Position numbers and translations under genes: made by a program | Assembly: GCA_001792535.1 (NCBI GenBank) | Contig: MGGS01000001.1 | Coordinates: 49,695 to 113,694 of the forward strand | Length of the DNA: 64,000 nucleotides | Reading direction: 5' to 3' | From: Candidatus Woesebacteria bacterium RIFCSPHIGHO2_02_FULL_42_20 | Lineage (GTDB): Bacteria > Patescibacteriota > Microgenomatia > UBA8517 | The notes under the pieces: model-generated | Database searches by the model: none | What the model was told of the DNA's origin: nothing | Seen by the model: only the letters and a program-made list of their open reading frames with translations | Shown: positions 9,842 through 17,143 of the stretch, one piece after another | Layout: every line of letters begins with the position of its first letter | Numbering within the stretch: the stretch's first letter is position 1

Positions 9842-10492
9842 ATGGCTATTGTCTTTGTGTTGGCTTGGACTTTGTCTGTTTTGTTTTCTGTTTATACGGT
9901 TTTTTCGACCAGTACCTCTTTTAGTGTATTAATCGCAGATCGGGACCTGCTTATCAATTTTTTTCAGCGTATGGCTGGGCTTCTTGCTTTTAATTTTCTT
10001 TTTTTTCAGGTTTTAATTGGGTCCCGGATGAAGTACATGCGCAGCAATGTGGGTGAGTGGGTATTCAAATTCCATCACTTGGAGGGTACTCTTGCCTTTA
10101 TTTTAGTTATAGCTCATCCAACCTTGTTTGTGATATTTAATTATAGCCTTAGTCACAAACTTGATCCCTTTTACGTATTCACGGACTTTTGTGCTCTTTG
10201 CAGCAAACCCGTCGACTATTTTTACACTTTAGGTCGGATTTCTTTTTGGTTAATTGTATTTGCCGTCTTTGCCGCAAAATTCAGGTCAAACAGCTTAATC
10301 CGTAAGCACTGGAGAAAGGTTCATAGTCTAAATTATATTGCATTTTTTCTTGTGGCTATCCATGCTTATTTTGTGGGCCGCGACGTTCAAGTGAAGCCGT
10401 TTATTTACCTTTTTTATTTTTATGTTTCGGTTGCCGCAATTTTAGTTATTACTAAAATTTATTTTTTCTTTAGGGAGAAAAAATTAAGTTGA
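9842..10492 (+). CDS. Polytopic membrane protein, ferric-reductase-like (haem b) transmembrane domain
   Basis: The listed ORF 9569-10492 runs across the tRNA; the true start is ATG 9842 right after tRNA-Val. FRD-domain-like pattern FQRMAGLLAFNFLFFQVLIGSR...FHHLEG...VIAHPT...VAIHAYF with His pairs in TM helices. Confidence 0.5.
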   Translation: MAIVFVLAWTLSVLFSVYTVFSTSTSFSVLIADRDLLINFFQRMAGLLAFNFLFFQVLIGSRMKYMRSNVGEWVFKFHHLEGTLAFILVIAHPTLFVIFNYSLSHKLDPFYVFTDFCALCSKPVDYFYTLGRISFWLIVFAVFAAKFRSNSLIRKHWRKVHSLNYIAFFLVAIHAYFVGRDVQVKPFIYLFYFYVSVAAILVITKIYFFFREKKLS

Positions 10493-11186
10493 GTGTCTTC
10501 TCGCGTTCGTTTCCGGCTCTGTCGGCGGATTTTATGGCAAATGTATTGTTGCCTTCGCCAAGGCTAGTATAATAGGTGAAGATTCCCGTATTTTCGACTA
10601 CCACTATCCGGTCGTTTATTGTAACCCGCGCGCCGTTCTCTGTCTGGCCTTTGATTATGACTTGCCTTTGTCTGTTTCCATAGAAGTTGGTGCCCTCTTG
10701 CGGTTCGCTGATTTCAAGTTCTGGTGCTTCTTTATCCAATGTAACAATTGAAGTGTTGCTTTGCTCGCTTACGTTTCCTCTATTGTCCGTTGAAACGGCA
10801 TATACGATGTTCTCACCTTCGCTAAGGGAGAAATTGGTAGAAAAGTTTCCGCTTGAGCTGGCCAACAGCTCTTTAGTTGTGCCGTTGAAGTAGATTTTGA
10901 CAGTAGCACCCGGTTCTGTGACGCCGGAAACCTCAACTTCTTCTTGGTTTAGGTATTCGGGCAGATCGGTTATTTTTGGCGGAGGCGGCGGGGTTGTATC
11001 GTCGCTGACTACGGCTGAGCCGCTTTTGTTGATGCCAATTAGTATTTGGGCAAATCTGGCGACTATTGGTAATCCGAATACTGCAAAAAAAATAACCAGA
11101 AAGACGGAAGCTGCAATTAAAATAAGCGCATGTTTGCTACTTCGTTTGTCTTCAATGTTTTGCAGTCGTGAGTAATTTCTTCTCAT
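10470..11186 (-). CDS. Membrane-anchored protein with Ig-like (Big) beta-sandwich repeats
   Basis: N-terminal TM helix, PPPPP linker, then two beta-rich repeats (...GATVKIYFNG..., ...GARVTINDR...NTFAIKSADRAGN) typical of bacterial Ig-like domains. Its 3' end overlaps the convergent upstream gene by 23 nt. Confidence 0.5.
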   Translation of the reverse strand: MRRNYSRLQNIEDKRSSKHALILIAASVFLVIFFAVFGLPIVARFAQILIGINKSGSAVVSDDTTPPPPPKITDLPEYLNQEEVEVSGVTEPGATVKIYFNGTTKELLASSSGNFSTNFSLSEGENIVYAVSTDNRGNVSEQSNTSIVTLDKEAPELEISEPQEGTNFYGNRQRQVIIKGQTENGARVTINDRIVVVENTGIFTYYTSLGEGNNTFAIKSADRAGNEREKTLNLIFSP

Positions 11187-11191
11187 CTTTG

Positions 11192-11262
11192 AGCCCTCTG
11201 TCAGAATCGAACTGACGTTTGCGGTTTACGATACCGCTGCTTTACCACTAAGCTAAGAGGGC
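11192..11262 (-). tRNA. tRNA-Thr (anticodon CGT)
   Basis: Reverse complement folds as acceptor GCCCTCT/AGAGGGC, D-stem GCTT/AAGC, anticodon stem GCGGT/ACCGC with loop ATCGTAA, T-arm GTCAG-TTCGATT-CTGAC, discriminator U. Confidence 0.8.
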
Positions 11263-11282
11263 ACCAATTAGCTTAGATTATA

Positions 11283-12011
11283 CTAGTAACCCGTGAATTT
11301 CTCTATTTTGATGTGGTCGGGGTTGATATTACTGCTGGCAAGGAGTATTTCGATCGCGTCGACCATTGGTGGCGGTCCGGCGACCCAAAAGGTTAACTGG
11401 TTAATTGCCAATTTCCAATTTGCAAATAGCTTATGAAGCAACTTGTCGTCAATTCTGCCCGTTAGCCCGGGCCAGTAAACTTGGGATTCTTCGGGTTTGG
11501 AAATAGTCATTGCGACCTTGATGTTTTCGTTGTTCTTTGCCATTTCGTCTAAGTCACTTCTAAAGGCGATTTCCTCGGGGGTTGAGTTTGAGTAGATAAG
11601 ATAAATCGGAGTTTTGAAATTCAAGTCTAGGCTATACTTGATCATACTTCTGAAAGGGGTAATCCCGATTCCGCCTGCAATGAAGACTTGTACATCGCGG
11701 GTTTCCTCTTCTAAAATAAAGGTTCCGTTTGGGCCTCGGCCTTCAAGTACACCTCCGATTACCTGTTCGTCCAAGGTTTTTTTATAGCCCGACTCCGGCC
11801 TTATTCTGGTAGTTATTCGTAGTAGTTGTTCGGTTGGTGACGAAGAGAGGGTAAAATGTCTTGTCTCGCCGCGCTGGTCGGGATAATTTAGTTTTGGAAG
11901 AGTGATAAAAAAATACTGGCCGGGAGAGTAGTCGACTTTCGTTTCGCTCTCAAAAAAGAAAGATTTAGTACCCTCGGCCTCGTTTTTCTTTTTGACCAAT
12001 TTTAGTTTCAT
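11283..12011 (-). CDS. FNR-family FAD/NAD(P)-binding oxidoreductase (ferric-reductase/NOX dehydrogenase-domain-like)
   Basis: FAD-binding RHFTLSSSP (RxYS-type) and NAD-binding FIAGGIGITPFRSMI motifs. True start taken as the ATG at 12011 (MKLKLVKK...); the longer ORF extension to 12152 looks non-coding. Confidence 0.7.
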   Translation of the reverse strand: MKLKLVKKKNEAEGTKSFFFESETKVDYSPGQYFFITLPKLNYPDQRGETRHFTLSSSPTEQLLRITTRIRPESGYKKTLDEQVIGGVLEGRGPNGTFILEEETRDVQVFIAGGIGITPFRSMIKYSLDLNFKTPIYLIYSNSTPEEIAFRSDLDEMAKNNENIKVAMTISKPEESQVYWPGLTGRIDDKLLHKLFANWKLAINQLTFWVAGPPPMVDAIEILLASSNINPDHIKIEKFTGY

Positions 12012-12053
12012 GATTGAAATTGTAGATTGAAAACTGTAAATTGTAAATTGGTT

Positions 12054-12233
12054 ATGTGTTACAACTGTGGTTGCGGAGTGCCAGACGATGATATGGGCAA
12101 AAAGCCAGTCCATGAAGGCGGAGGATCTTTGGTTGAAAGTGATTTTGAGCACATGGCAAAAGTATGGGGTATGAAAGTTGGAGAGACAAAAAAGGAAGTC
12201 TTCAAAACGCTCAAAAAGCAGCTTGAAAAGTAA
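12054..12233 (+). CDS. Small Cys/His-containing hypothetical protein (59 aa)
   Basis: MCYNCGCGVPDDDMGKKPVHEGGG... followed by a K/E-rich helix. Possible metal-binding mini-protein. Divergent from the FNR-like gene with only a 42-nt repeat-containing spacer. Confidence 0.3.
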   Translation: MCYNCGCGVPDDDMGKKPVHEGGGSLVESDFEHMAKVWGMKVGETKKEVFKTLKKQLEK

Positions 12234-12335
12234 TTTGCTAAATTTTTATTATCAGTCAGGTGTTTACACTGAGCCTTCCGAAGTGTCAAACTTCTGTCAA
12301 GATAATCTCGCGCTATAGGATAAAATTGGCTCCAA

Positions 12336-13133
12336 ATGTCTGTTGAATTATTACCATTTCAAACAGAAGCTCGAAGGTCAGGCGGGGAGGTTGCAAAATT
12401 TATTCCTTTGAAGCCAGGGCTAAGAAGTGACATTGTTTGGAACCCTGTGTACGCGAACCAAGGGTATAATCTCACTGCAGTACAAATGGTCAGTCCCGAA
12501 GAGGGCAATTTTAACACTGGCCTCTATGTAGTTTTCGAAGGTGACGATCTAGAAGCTCCTTTAGCAGAGACTTTGATCTTAGATCCCAAAAACGTTTTTT
12601 ATGTGGAGATTTTCGCTATTAGGCTAAGACCACTTTCTTTTGTTGATCATTACCCAATGTGGGTAAGATTTCAGGTAGGAACACTTAAGGAGGGAGCGTC
12701 TTATAAACCTTTTCGTGCACCTACATATGATGAGTCTATGGGTGAGGCTTTTGATGCTTTGGAACATAGACTTGAAACTGCTTTGTCCGCTAGCCCCGCA
12801 TTGACTGCTCTTGACTCTGTCAGCCGACAAGCATTTAAACATGTTGGTGCTCCAGAACTTACTAAAGGCGCAAGTATGATTGGCCAGATTGTAAGGGCAA
12901 TTTCAAAGTCGGTTGGCGCACTTAACGACGACACTGTACAAAGAGATGAAATTACCAATTCTCTGCTTGTAATCGCCAGAAACTTAGCAAAGTTAGGAAC
13001 AGATATCTATTTTGAGACATTTGAAGGATTAGTAAACGGCGATCCTTTGTTGAATGATTTGATTTTGGCTCAACTTGGGCAAAGAGGCCTTGGACCTTTA
13101 AATTGGGCTGGAGGTAAGGGGAAGTTAAAATGA
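12336..13133 (+). CDS. Hypothetical protein (265 aa), no recognisable motif
   Basis: Clean ORF with Ala/Arg/Gly-richer composition than its neighbours. Stop overlaps the start of the next gene (ATGA at 13130-13133), implying translational coupling. Confidence 0.55.
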   Translation: MSVELLPFQTEARRSGGEVAKFIPLKPGLRSDIVWNPVYANQGYNLTAVQMVSPEEGNFNTGLYVVFEGDDLEAPLAETLILDPKNVFYVEIFAIRLRPLSFVDHYPMWVRFQVGTLKEGASYKPFRAPTYDESMGEAFDALEHRLETALSASPALTALDSVSRQAFKHVGAPELTKGASMIGQIVRAISKSVGALNDDTVQRDEITNSLLVIARNLAKLGTDIYFETFEGLVNGDPLLNDLILAQLGQRGLGPLNWAGGKGKLK

Positions 13134-13843
13134 GCACCGTCGATTTCGGTCAATTTAGGGGATTATATACTCCGGAAAATTTTGTGGGCAGAGGTGACGT
13201 TGTCGAAAGGGTGATGGGTGATCTTAAGGCTCTGCAAAGAGCATCCCACGTTCCTCAAAGATGCTTGACAACTGTAGGAGAACCGGGAAGTGGTAAGACA
13301 TGGCTTGTTAGACACATAGGAGAAACTGCACGATGGGAATTTGGTGATGGTTTCAGGGTGGTTAGCTTAAACTTTCGAGATTATGCCGACACCCCTTCTG
13401 TTGCCGCACCTCTGATTGATGTTTGCAGACAATTAAAAGACGAGGATGTACATGGAGCGACATTGCCAGACTTTACAAGAGAAATGGTTGGAAGACTGAA
13501 AGGAGTGACACGCGAGGGTAGGGAAGCTCCTTGGAAATCGCCGGAACTTAGAAATTCAAGTCAAAAGCTGAGAACTATTCATCCTTTTACTAAGGAAGAA
13601 TTATCTCAAGTTTTTCCTAATTCCAGGCATGGTACCGACAAAGTAATGAATGTTAGCCTTGGCAATCCTGCAGTTTCAGCCTTACTTGAAGATTCAGATA
13701 GTTTTCAAGTAGGCGTTGAAAGATCATTAGATTATTTTCTTCAGAGGTTGAGTGCTAGCCAGAGGTCGATGTTTAAGGGCCACCTCCGAGTGCTCGCTGT
13801 ACTTCGCTTTTATGCTTTTGAAACTGGAGTATTAGTTAACTAA
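13130..13843 (+). CDS. Short P-loop NTPase (AAA_16/STAND-like N-terminal ATPase core)
   Basis: FVGRGDVVERVMGDL...TVGEPGSGKTWLVRHIGE is the arrangement seen at the N-terminus of STAND/NB-ARC/ORC-like ATPases (Walker A GxxGSGKT). Only 237 aa, so it lacks the remaining STAND modules. Confidence 0.55.
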   Translation: MSTVDFGQFRGLYTPENFVGRGDVVERVMGDLKALQRASHVPQRCLTTVGEPGSGKTWLVRHIGETARWEFGDGFRVVSLNFRDYADTPSVAAPLIDVCRQLKDEDVHGATLPDFTREMVGRLKGVTREGREAPWKSPELRNSSQKLRTIHPFTKEELSQVFPNSRHGTDKVMNVSLGNPAVSALLEDSDSFQVGVERSLDYFLQRLSASQRSMFKGHLRVLAVLRFYAFETGVLVN

Positions 13844-14842
13844 TAAATACCCTTGGCCCCTCTTGGTTTGGATGAAACTGCCGGAGACGCCGTTTGCTTC
13901 CAGTTTGTCGCGCAGGCGCTGGATTTGCTTGGCAATTGCTTGAAGCGAAAAAGCATCTTCATTTTCCTTAAACAAAATTTCGGCAACTTCGTCGACAGTG
14001 GTTAACGAACTGCCTTTTTTAATCATTAGGGCAAGAAGATCTTTTTCTCTTGCCGTCAAGTCAGAGAAATTTTCTAGCTTAAAGTCTTTTACTTGATAGT
14101 TTACGCCTAATTTTCGGTAAAACTCTTTTGATTTTTGTGTCAAGTTCGCTCTTTGTTTATAGCGAATTTGGCTTAATGTCGGCATGTACCCGGAGGCTTT
14201 TTCGTATTTTCCCAACACCTTGGCGATTGAAGAAAAAGCAACTAACCAGTCGACTATCGCCTCCGATTCGCTCCAGACACCATCCAATTTGTCGTAAAAC
14301 TCCTGCCTGGTTAGAAATGTTAGGATGGCTTCGACTATTGCGTGTATTTCTTGGTCATGACGAAGATAAAGGTATGCATCTGCGGGAAACTTAGCGGGTC
14401 TATTAAAGGATGTGTTTGTTCCGAAAAGCGTCGGGTAAATCGTAATGCTTTTTATGTCACCCTTTTTATCGGGCAGTATTTTGGCTATTTGGGCCAAGAT
14501 TTCGCCTTGAGCCATAGCCCAAACTTTTTGAATATTTTTATAATGTGGCTCGGGTAAGACAACTTCCGCAAGTAATTTTTCAACGTCGTCAACTAAATCT
14601 TGTGGAGCTTTGACCGGAATATTTCTGATATCAACTCTTCTAACCTTTTCCCAGAAACGCGGGATTTTATAATATGCAAGGTCAGGGAAGGTGACGATTG
14701 ATTGGTCCTTATAGTCAGGGTCATATGGCAAAACGATAAAATTATTGACTTTATAAAACCCGACAGCAATTTGGTGAGCAGTATGCAGCACCCGAAGGGC
14801 CTCGGTTTCAAGTGAATATTCCCATCTATTATCAATTTGCAT
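13832..14842 (-). CDS. Orphan transcriptional regulator with C-terminal OmpR/PhoB-type winged helix
   Basis: C-terminus LTAREKDLLALMIKKGSSLTTVDEVAEILF...AIAKQIQRLRDKLEANGVSGSFIQTKRGQGYLLVN matches the trans_reg_C consensus (...IQTVRGVGYRL). The N-terminal ~250 aa is not a receiver domain and is unrecognised. Confidence 0.6.
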   Translation of the reverse strand: MQIDNRWEYSLETEALRVLHTAHQIAVGFYKVNNFIVLPYDPDYKDQSIVTFPDLAYYKIPRFWEKVRRVDIRNIPVKAPQDLVDDVEKLLAEVVLPEPHYKNIQKVWAMAQGEILAQIAKILPDKKGDIKSITIYPTLFGTNTSFNRPAKFPADAYLYLRHDQEIHAIVEAILTFLTRQEFYDKLDGVWSESEAIVDWLVAFSSIAKVLGKYEKASGYMPTLSQIRYKQRANLTQKSKEFYRKLGVNYQVKDFKLENFSDLTAREKDLLALMIKKGSSLTTVDEVAEILFKENEDAFSLQAIAKQIQRLRDKLEANGVSGSFIQTKRGQGYLLVN

Positions 14843-14848
14843 ATAGCT

Positions 14849-14877
14849 ATTATCTTATAGTATTTATAAAAAATCAA
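14849..14877 (-). promoter_or_regulatory. Sigma70-like promoter TTGATT-N17-GATAAT giving a (near-)leaderless transcript of the wHTH regulator
   Basis: On the minus strand, -35 TTGATT (14877-14872), 17-nt spacer, -10 GATAAT (14854-14849). The start codon is at 14842, 6 nt downstream of the -10, with no room for a Shine-Dalgarno. Confidence 0.4.
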
Positions 14878-14889
14878 CAATTTGGGGAT

Positions 14890-15165
14890 GTCTGCACTGA
14901 ATGGACAAAGACGATCGTTTAAGAGCCTTACTTATGAACAAAGGTCTTTCTCCAAGAAGAAATCCGCGCTTGGTGAAGTAGGTCTGCCTACACGGGGGTT
15001 GTGCGCCCCGACTGTGGCAGACTGAACGATAATCAAAAAGAAGGAGTTGCCGAACTTTCCGGGTGGACTTTCAAAATGATACTTGATGAGTACGATAAAT
15101 TTTCAGAGCCAATACCGAAACCAAAGTTCCCTCCTCTTTCGGAGGTTGGGGGGTGAAGAGGTTCT
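14890..15165 (-). ncRNA. Candidate structured ncRNA or structured 3'UTR (class unknown)
   Basis: ~280-nt ORF-free, GC-richer spacer between two minus-strand genes with several stable hairpins. Minus-strand CCUCC-GAAAGA-GGAGG (plus 15130-15145). Nested GC hairpin plus 14982-15022 (GUCUGCC...CGGGG-GUUGUGCG-CCCCG...GGCAGAC). Hairpin CCAAG...CUUGG at 14962-14983. Confidence 0.25.
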
Positions 15166-15654
15166 TCAAAGATTGCCGCAGGAGACGTAGGTTGAAGCTT
15201 GAGTGCCGGATTTGTGAACGTTGACCGCCAAAGGAAGCATGTCGACAAGTTCTGCCATTGACGTAACAACGCTCGTCTCGGACTTGCCGCCAACCAAATC
15301 ATTTAGGGGAAACTTTATTTCGCCGAGTTTTATGCAGCTTCCTGAGTGGATATGAGCAGGTTGGCGAACGCCATTGGGTGCATTTTCAAGTTCGATTAAA
15401 ACTTTAACTTTTTTACCAAATTCCTGAGTAAGAGTAACTGTTCCATTTTGGTTGGAATTGTTTTGTTCAAGCAGCCTGGCACTGGCCTCTGAAGGAATAG
15501 TTACTGTTTGCTGACTTTTGGTAGCCGATTTTTTAATAAATTTGGTGACGGTAAGCAAAAACAGGCTCAAAAAAAGAACACCTAAAAGCAAGATTATATT
15601 TTTTTGGTTAATAAGTGACTCTTTGGAATATTCCTTTTTCCTTTTTACCATCAA
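15166..15654 (-). CDS. Membrane-anchored exported protein with CHRD-like motif
   Basis: N-terminal TM anchor. Motif QPAHIHSGSC...G resembles the CHRD-domain AHIHxG signature. 162 aa. Confidence 0.4.
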   Translation of the reverse strand: MMVKRKKEYSKESLINQKNIILLLGVLFLSLFLLTVTKFIKKSATKSQQTVTIPSEASARLLEQNNSNQNGTVTLTQEFGKKVKVLIELENAPNGVRQPAHIHSGSCIKLGEIKFPLNDLVGGKSETSVVTSMAELVDMLPLAVNVHKSGTQASTYVSCGNL

Positions 15655-15742
15655 TATAATTTATGATCTTTCTGGAACAATTAGTCAAGTACCGTTGTGA
15701 GCGAGATAAACAAGTTTGTCCCTTGCCCATCGCCTTGCTCGG

Positions 15743-15814
15743 AGCGGGATAGGGGAGTCGAACCCCTTTCCCCACCTTGGGAAGGTGGTATTAAGCCGGT
15801 TAACTAATCCCGCT
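15743..15814 (-). tRNA. tRNA-Gly (anticodon CCC)
   Basis: Reverse complement gives acceptor GCGGGAT/ATCCCGC, anticodon stem CCACC/GGTGG with loop TTCCCAA, T-arm AGGGG-TTCGACT-CCCCT, discriminator U. Confidence 0.75.
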
Positions 15815-15856
15815 TGGAACCAATCGGGGTTATTATACCAAATATACTTTTTAATT

Positions 15857-16480
15857 TTATCTTGGTATTACAAACACGTTACCGGCGTGGATAAGATCCG
15901 GATTAATCAATTTGTTTTCACGAGCTATTTCCACCCATTTGTAAGGATCGCCATAGACTTTTTGTGCGATTTTCCACAAGCTGTCGCCTCGCTCGACTGT
16001 GTAGCTTTCTGCATTTGATACGGCACCGGAATCGTTCAATACAACGACGGGATCAGGTGTACTTGTAGGAACCTTCGTAGGTGCCTCTTGTGGAGTCTCT
16101 ACCGTTGCCAGCGGGCTTGCCTGGTCTACGGTAGCCTTTTTGGCCTCTACCGCCGGGATTGACAACTCCTGGCCTGTTTCGATGTTACCCGGAAATGGAA
16201 TTTCGTTGGCTTCTGCTATATCTACCCAGTTGTAGCCGGATTTATAGTAGGTTTCCGCTATTTTCCAAAGATTTTCGCCTTCCCCAACGACGTGAGTTGC
16301 GGGCAACCCTTCTATTTGTTCATCGCTTTGCGCAGGCAGCGTGAGTTCTTCCGGTTGATTCATGTTTCTAAAGTAGTTTATGGCAACGACGCCGAAAATT
16401 AAAATAACAGCCATTCCAAGAAGCGTACTCAGCTTAGACTCGTTCTCTTTAATAACTTTAAGTAGTGACTTTAAATTCAT
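15857..16480 (-). CDS. LysM-domain peptidoglycan-binding protein (two LysM repeats, N-terminal TM anchor)
   Basis: Two LysM motifs: GENLWKIAETYYKSGYNWVDIAEAN...GQELSIP and GDSLWKIAQKVYGDPYKWVEIARENKLINPDLIHAGNVFVIP. Confidence 0.8.
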   Translation of the reverse strand: MNLKSLLKVIKENESKLSTLLGMAVILIFGVVAINYFRNMNQPEELTLPAQSDEQIEGLPATHVVGEGENLWKIAETYYKSGYNWVDIAEANEIPFPGNIETGQELSIPAVEAKKATVDQASPLATVETPQEAPTKVPTSTPDPVVVLNDSGAVSNAESYTVERGDSLWKIAQKVYGDPYKWVEIARENKLINPDLIHAGNVFVIPR

Positions 16481-16596
16481 AGTCTTTTGTATTCACCCCC
16501 TTGCATTTTTTTGAGGGCAGAAGTTTGAATACGATTGTACTTTAAGAGTAGTAAATGTCAAGGACAGTTTTGGGTTATTTTTCGGGTATTTTAAAA

Positions 16597-16627
16597 ACGT
16601 AATTATTTAGTAACTAAATAATTACGT
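16597..16627. promoter_or_regulatory. Perfect 31-nt palindrome (15-bp arms, 1-nt centre), operator-like
   Basis: ACGTAATTATTTAGT-A-ACTAAATAATTACGT. Every position i is complementary to position 32-i. It lies 117 nt upstream of the LysM gene start, inside a 660-nt ORF-free spacer. Confidence 0.5.
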
Positions 16628-17143
16628 AAACTCAGTGTTAAATCCAAGGTCTTTGCAACCGTAGCTAGTCGTGAAACAAGCCTTTTAAGTAACCATTTGT
16701 AAATAAATATCAAATCCTATAACACAAGAATGGTTGATAAATATACCAATTTTGCACAGATGAATTGTTCCGTCTAATCGGTAATAAATAACTGGAACTA
16801 CTTAATTAACATGTATTTAGAACGCTTCTTATATTTTTATGATTACGACATAATTACGGAAAAATTGACCGGATACATATTCTGTCAGTCTGGTTAAGAG
16901 AGTGCCAGTAAAGCCAACCGGGTTTTTCTCTGTAAATTTAAGTTGGGTTGCTTATTTTAACCAGTACCAAATTTTCACTCGCTGTTACCAAGCAGACTAG
17001 AACACTCCCATAGATTAGGCGGGTTTGGTTAATAGTTACACGTATGAAAACGCACTCTAGTGCCACCGCCAGTCGTAAATGCTCTTAAAATTGCTATAGG
17101 ATGGAACACTTTTGTTACAAGGGTTAAAAATATGTTTGTTCAA

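Noticed and set aside
12012-12152. N-terminal extension of ORF 11283-12152 (MLKITFNQRSS...)
   Set aside because: FNR-family proteins begin near MKLKLVKK (ATG at 12011). The upstream extension is a repeat-rich divergent promoter region that also overlaps the small plus-strand ORF.
14890-15165. Assignment of the structured element as RNase P RNA, tmRNA or SRP RNA
   Set aside because: The closest RNase P P4/CR-I-like string is only partial, and no CR-II/III or CR-V equivalents are present. There is no tRNA-like 3' end or tag ORF for tmRNA. There is no GGAAGGAAGCAGC SRP domain-IV motif. The class is left open.
15033-15302. ORF 15033-15302 (minus)
   Set aside because: It overlaps the 3' end of the CHRD-like gene in another frame and extends into the GC-rich structured element. 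It has no motifs.
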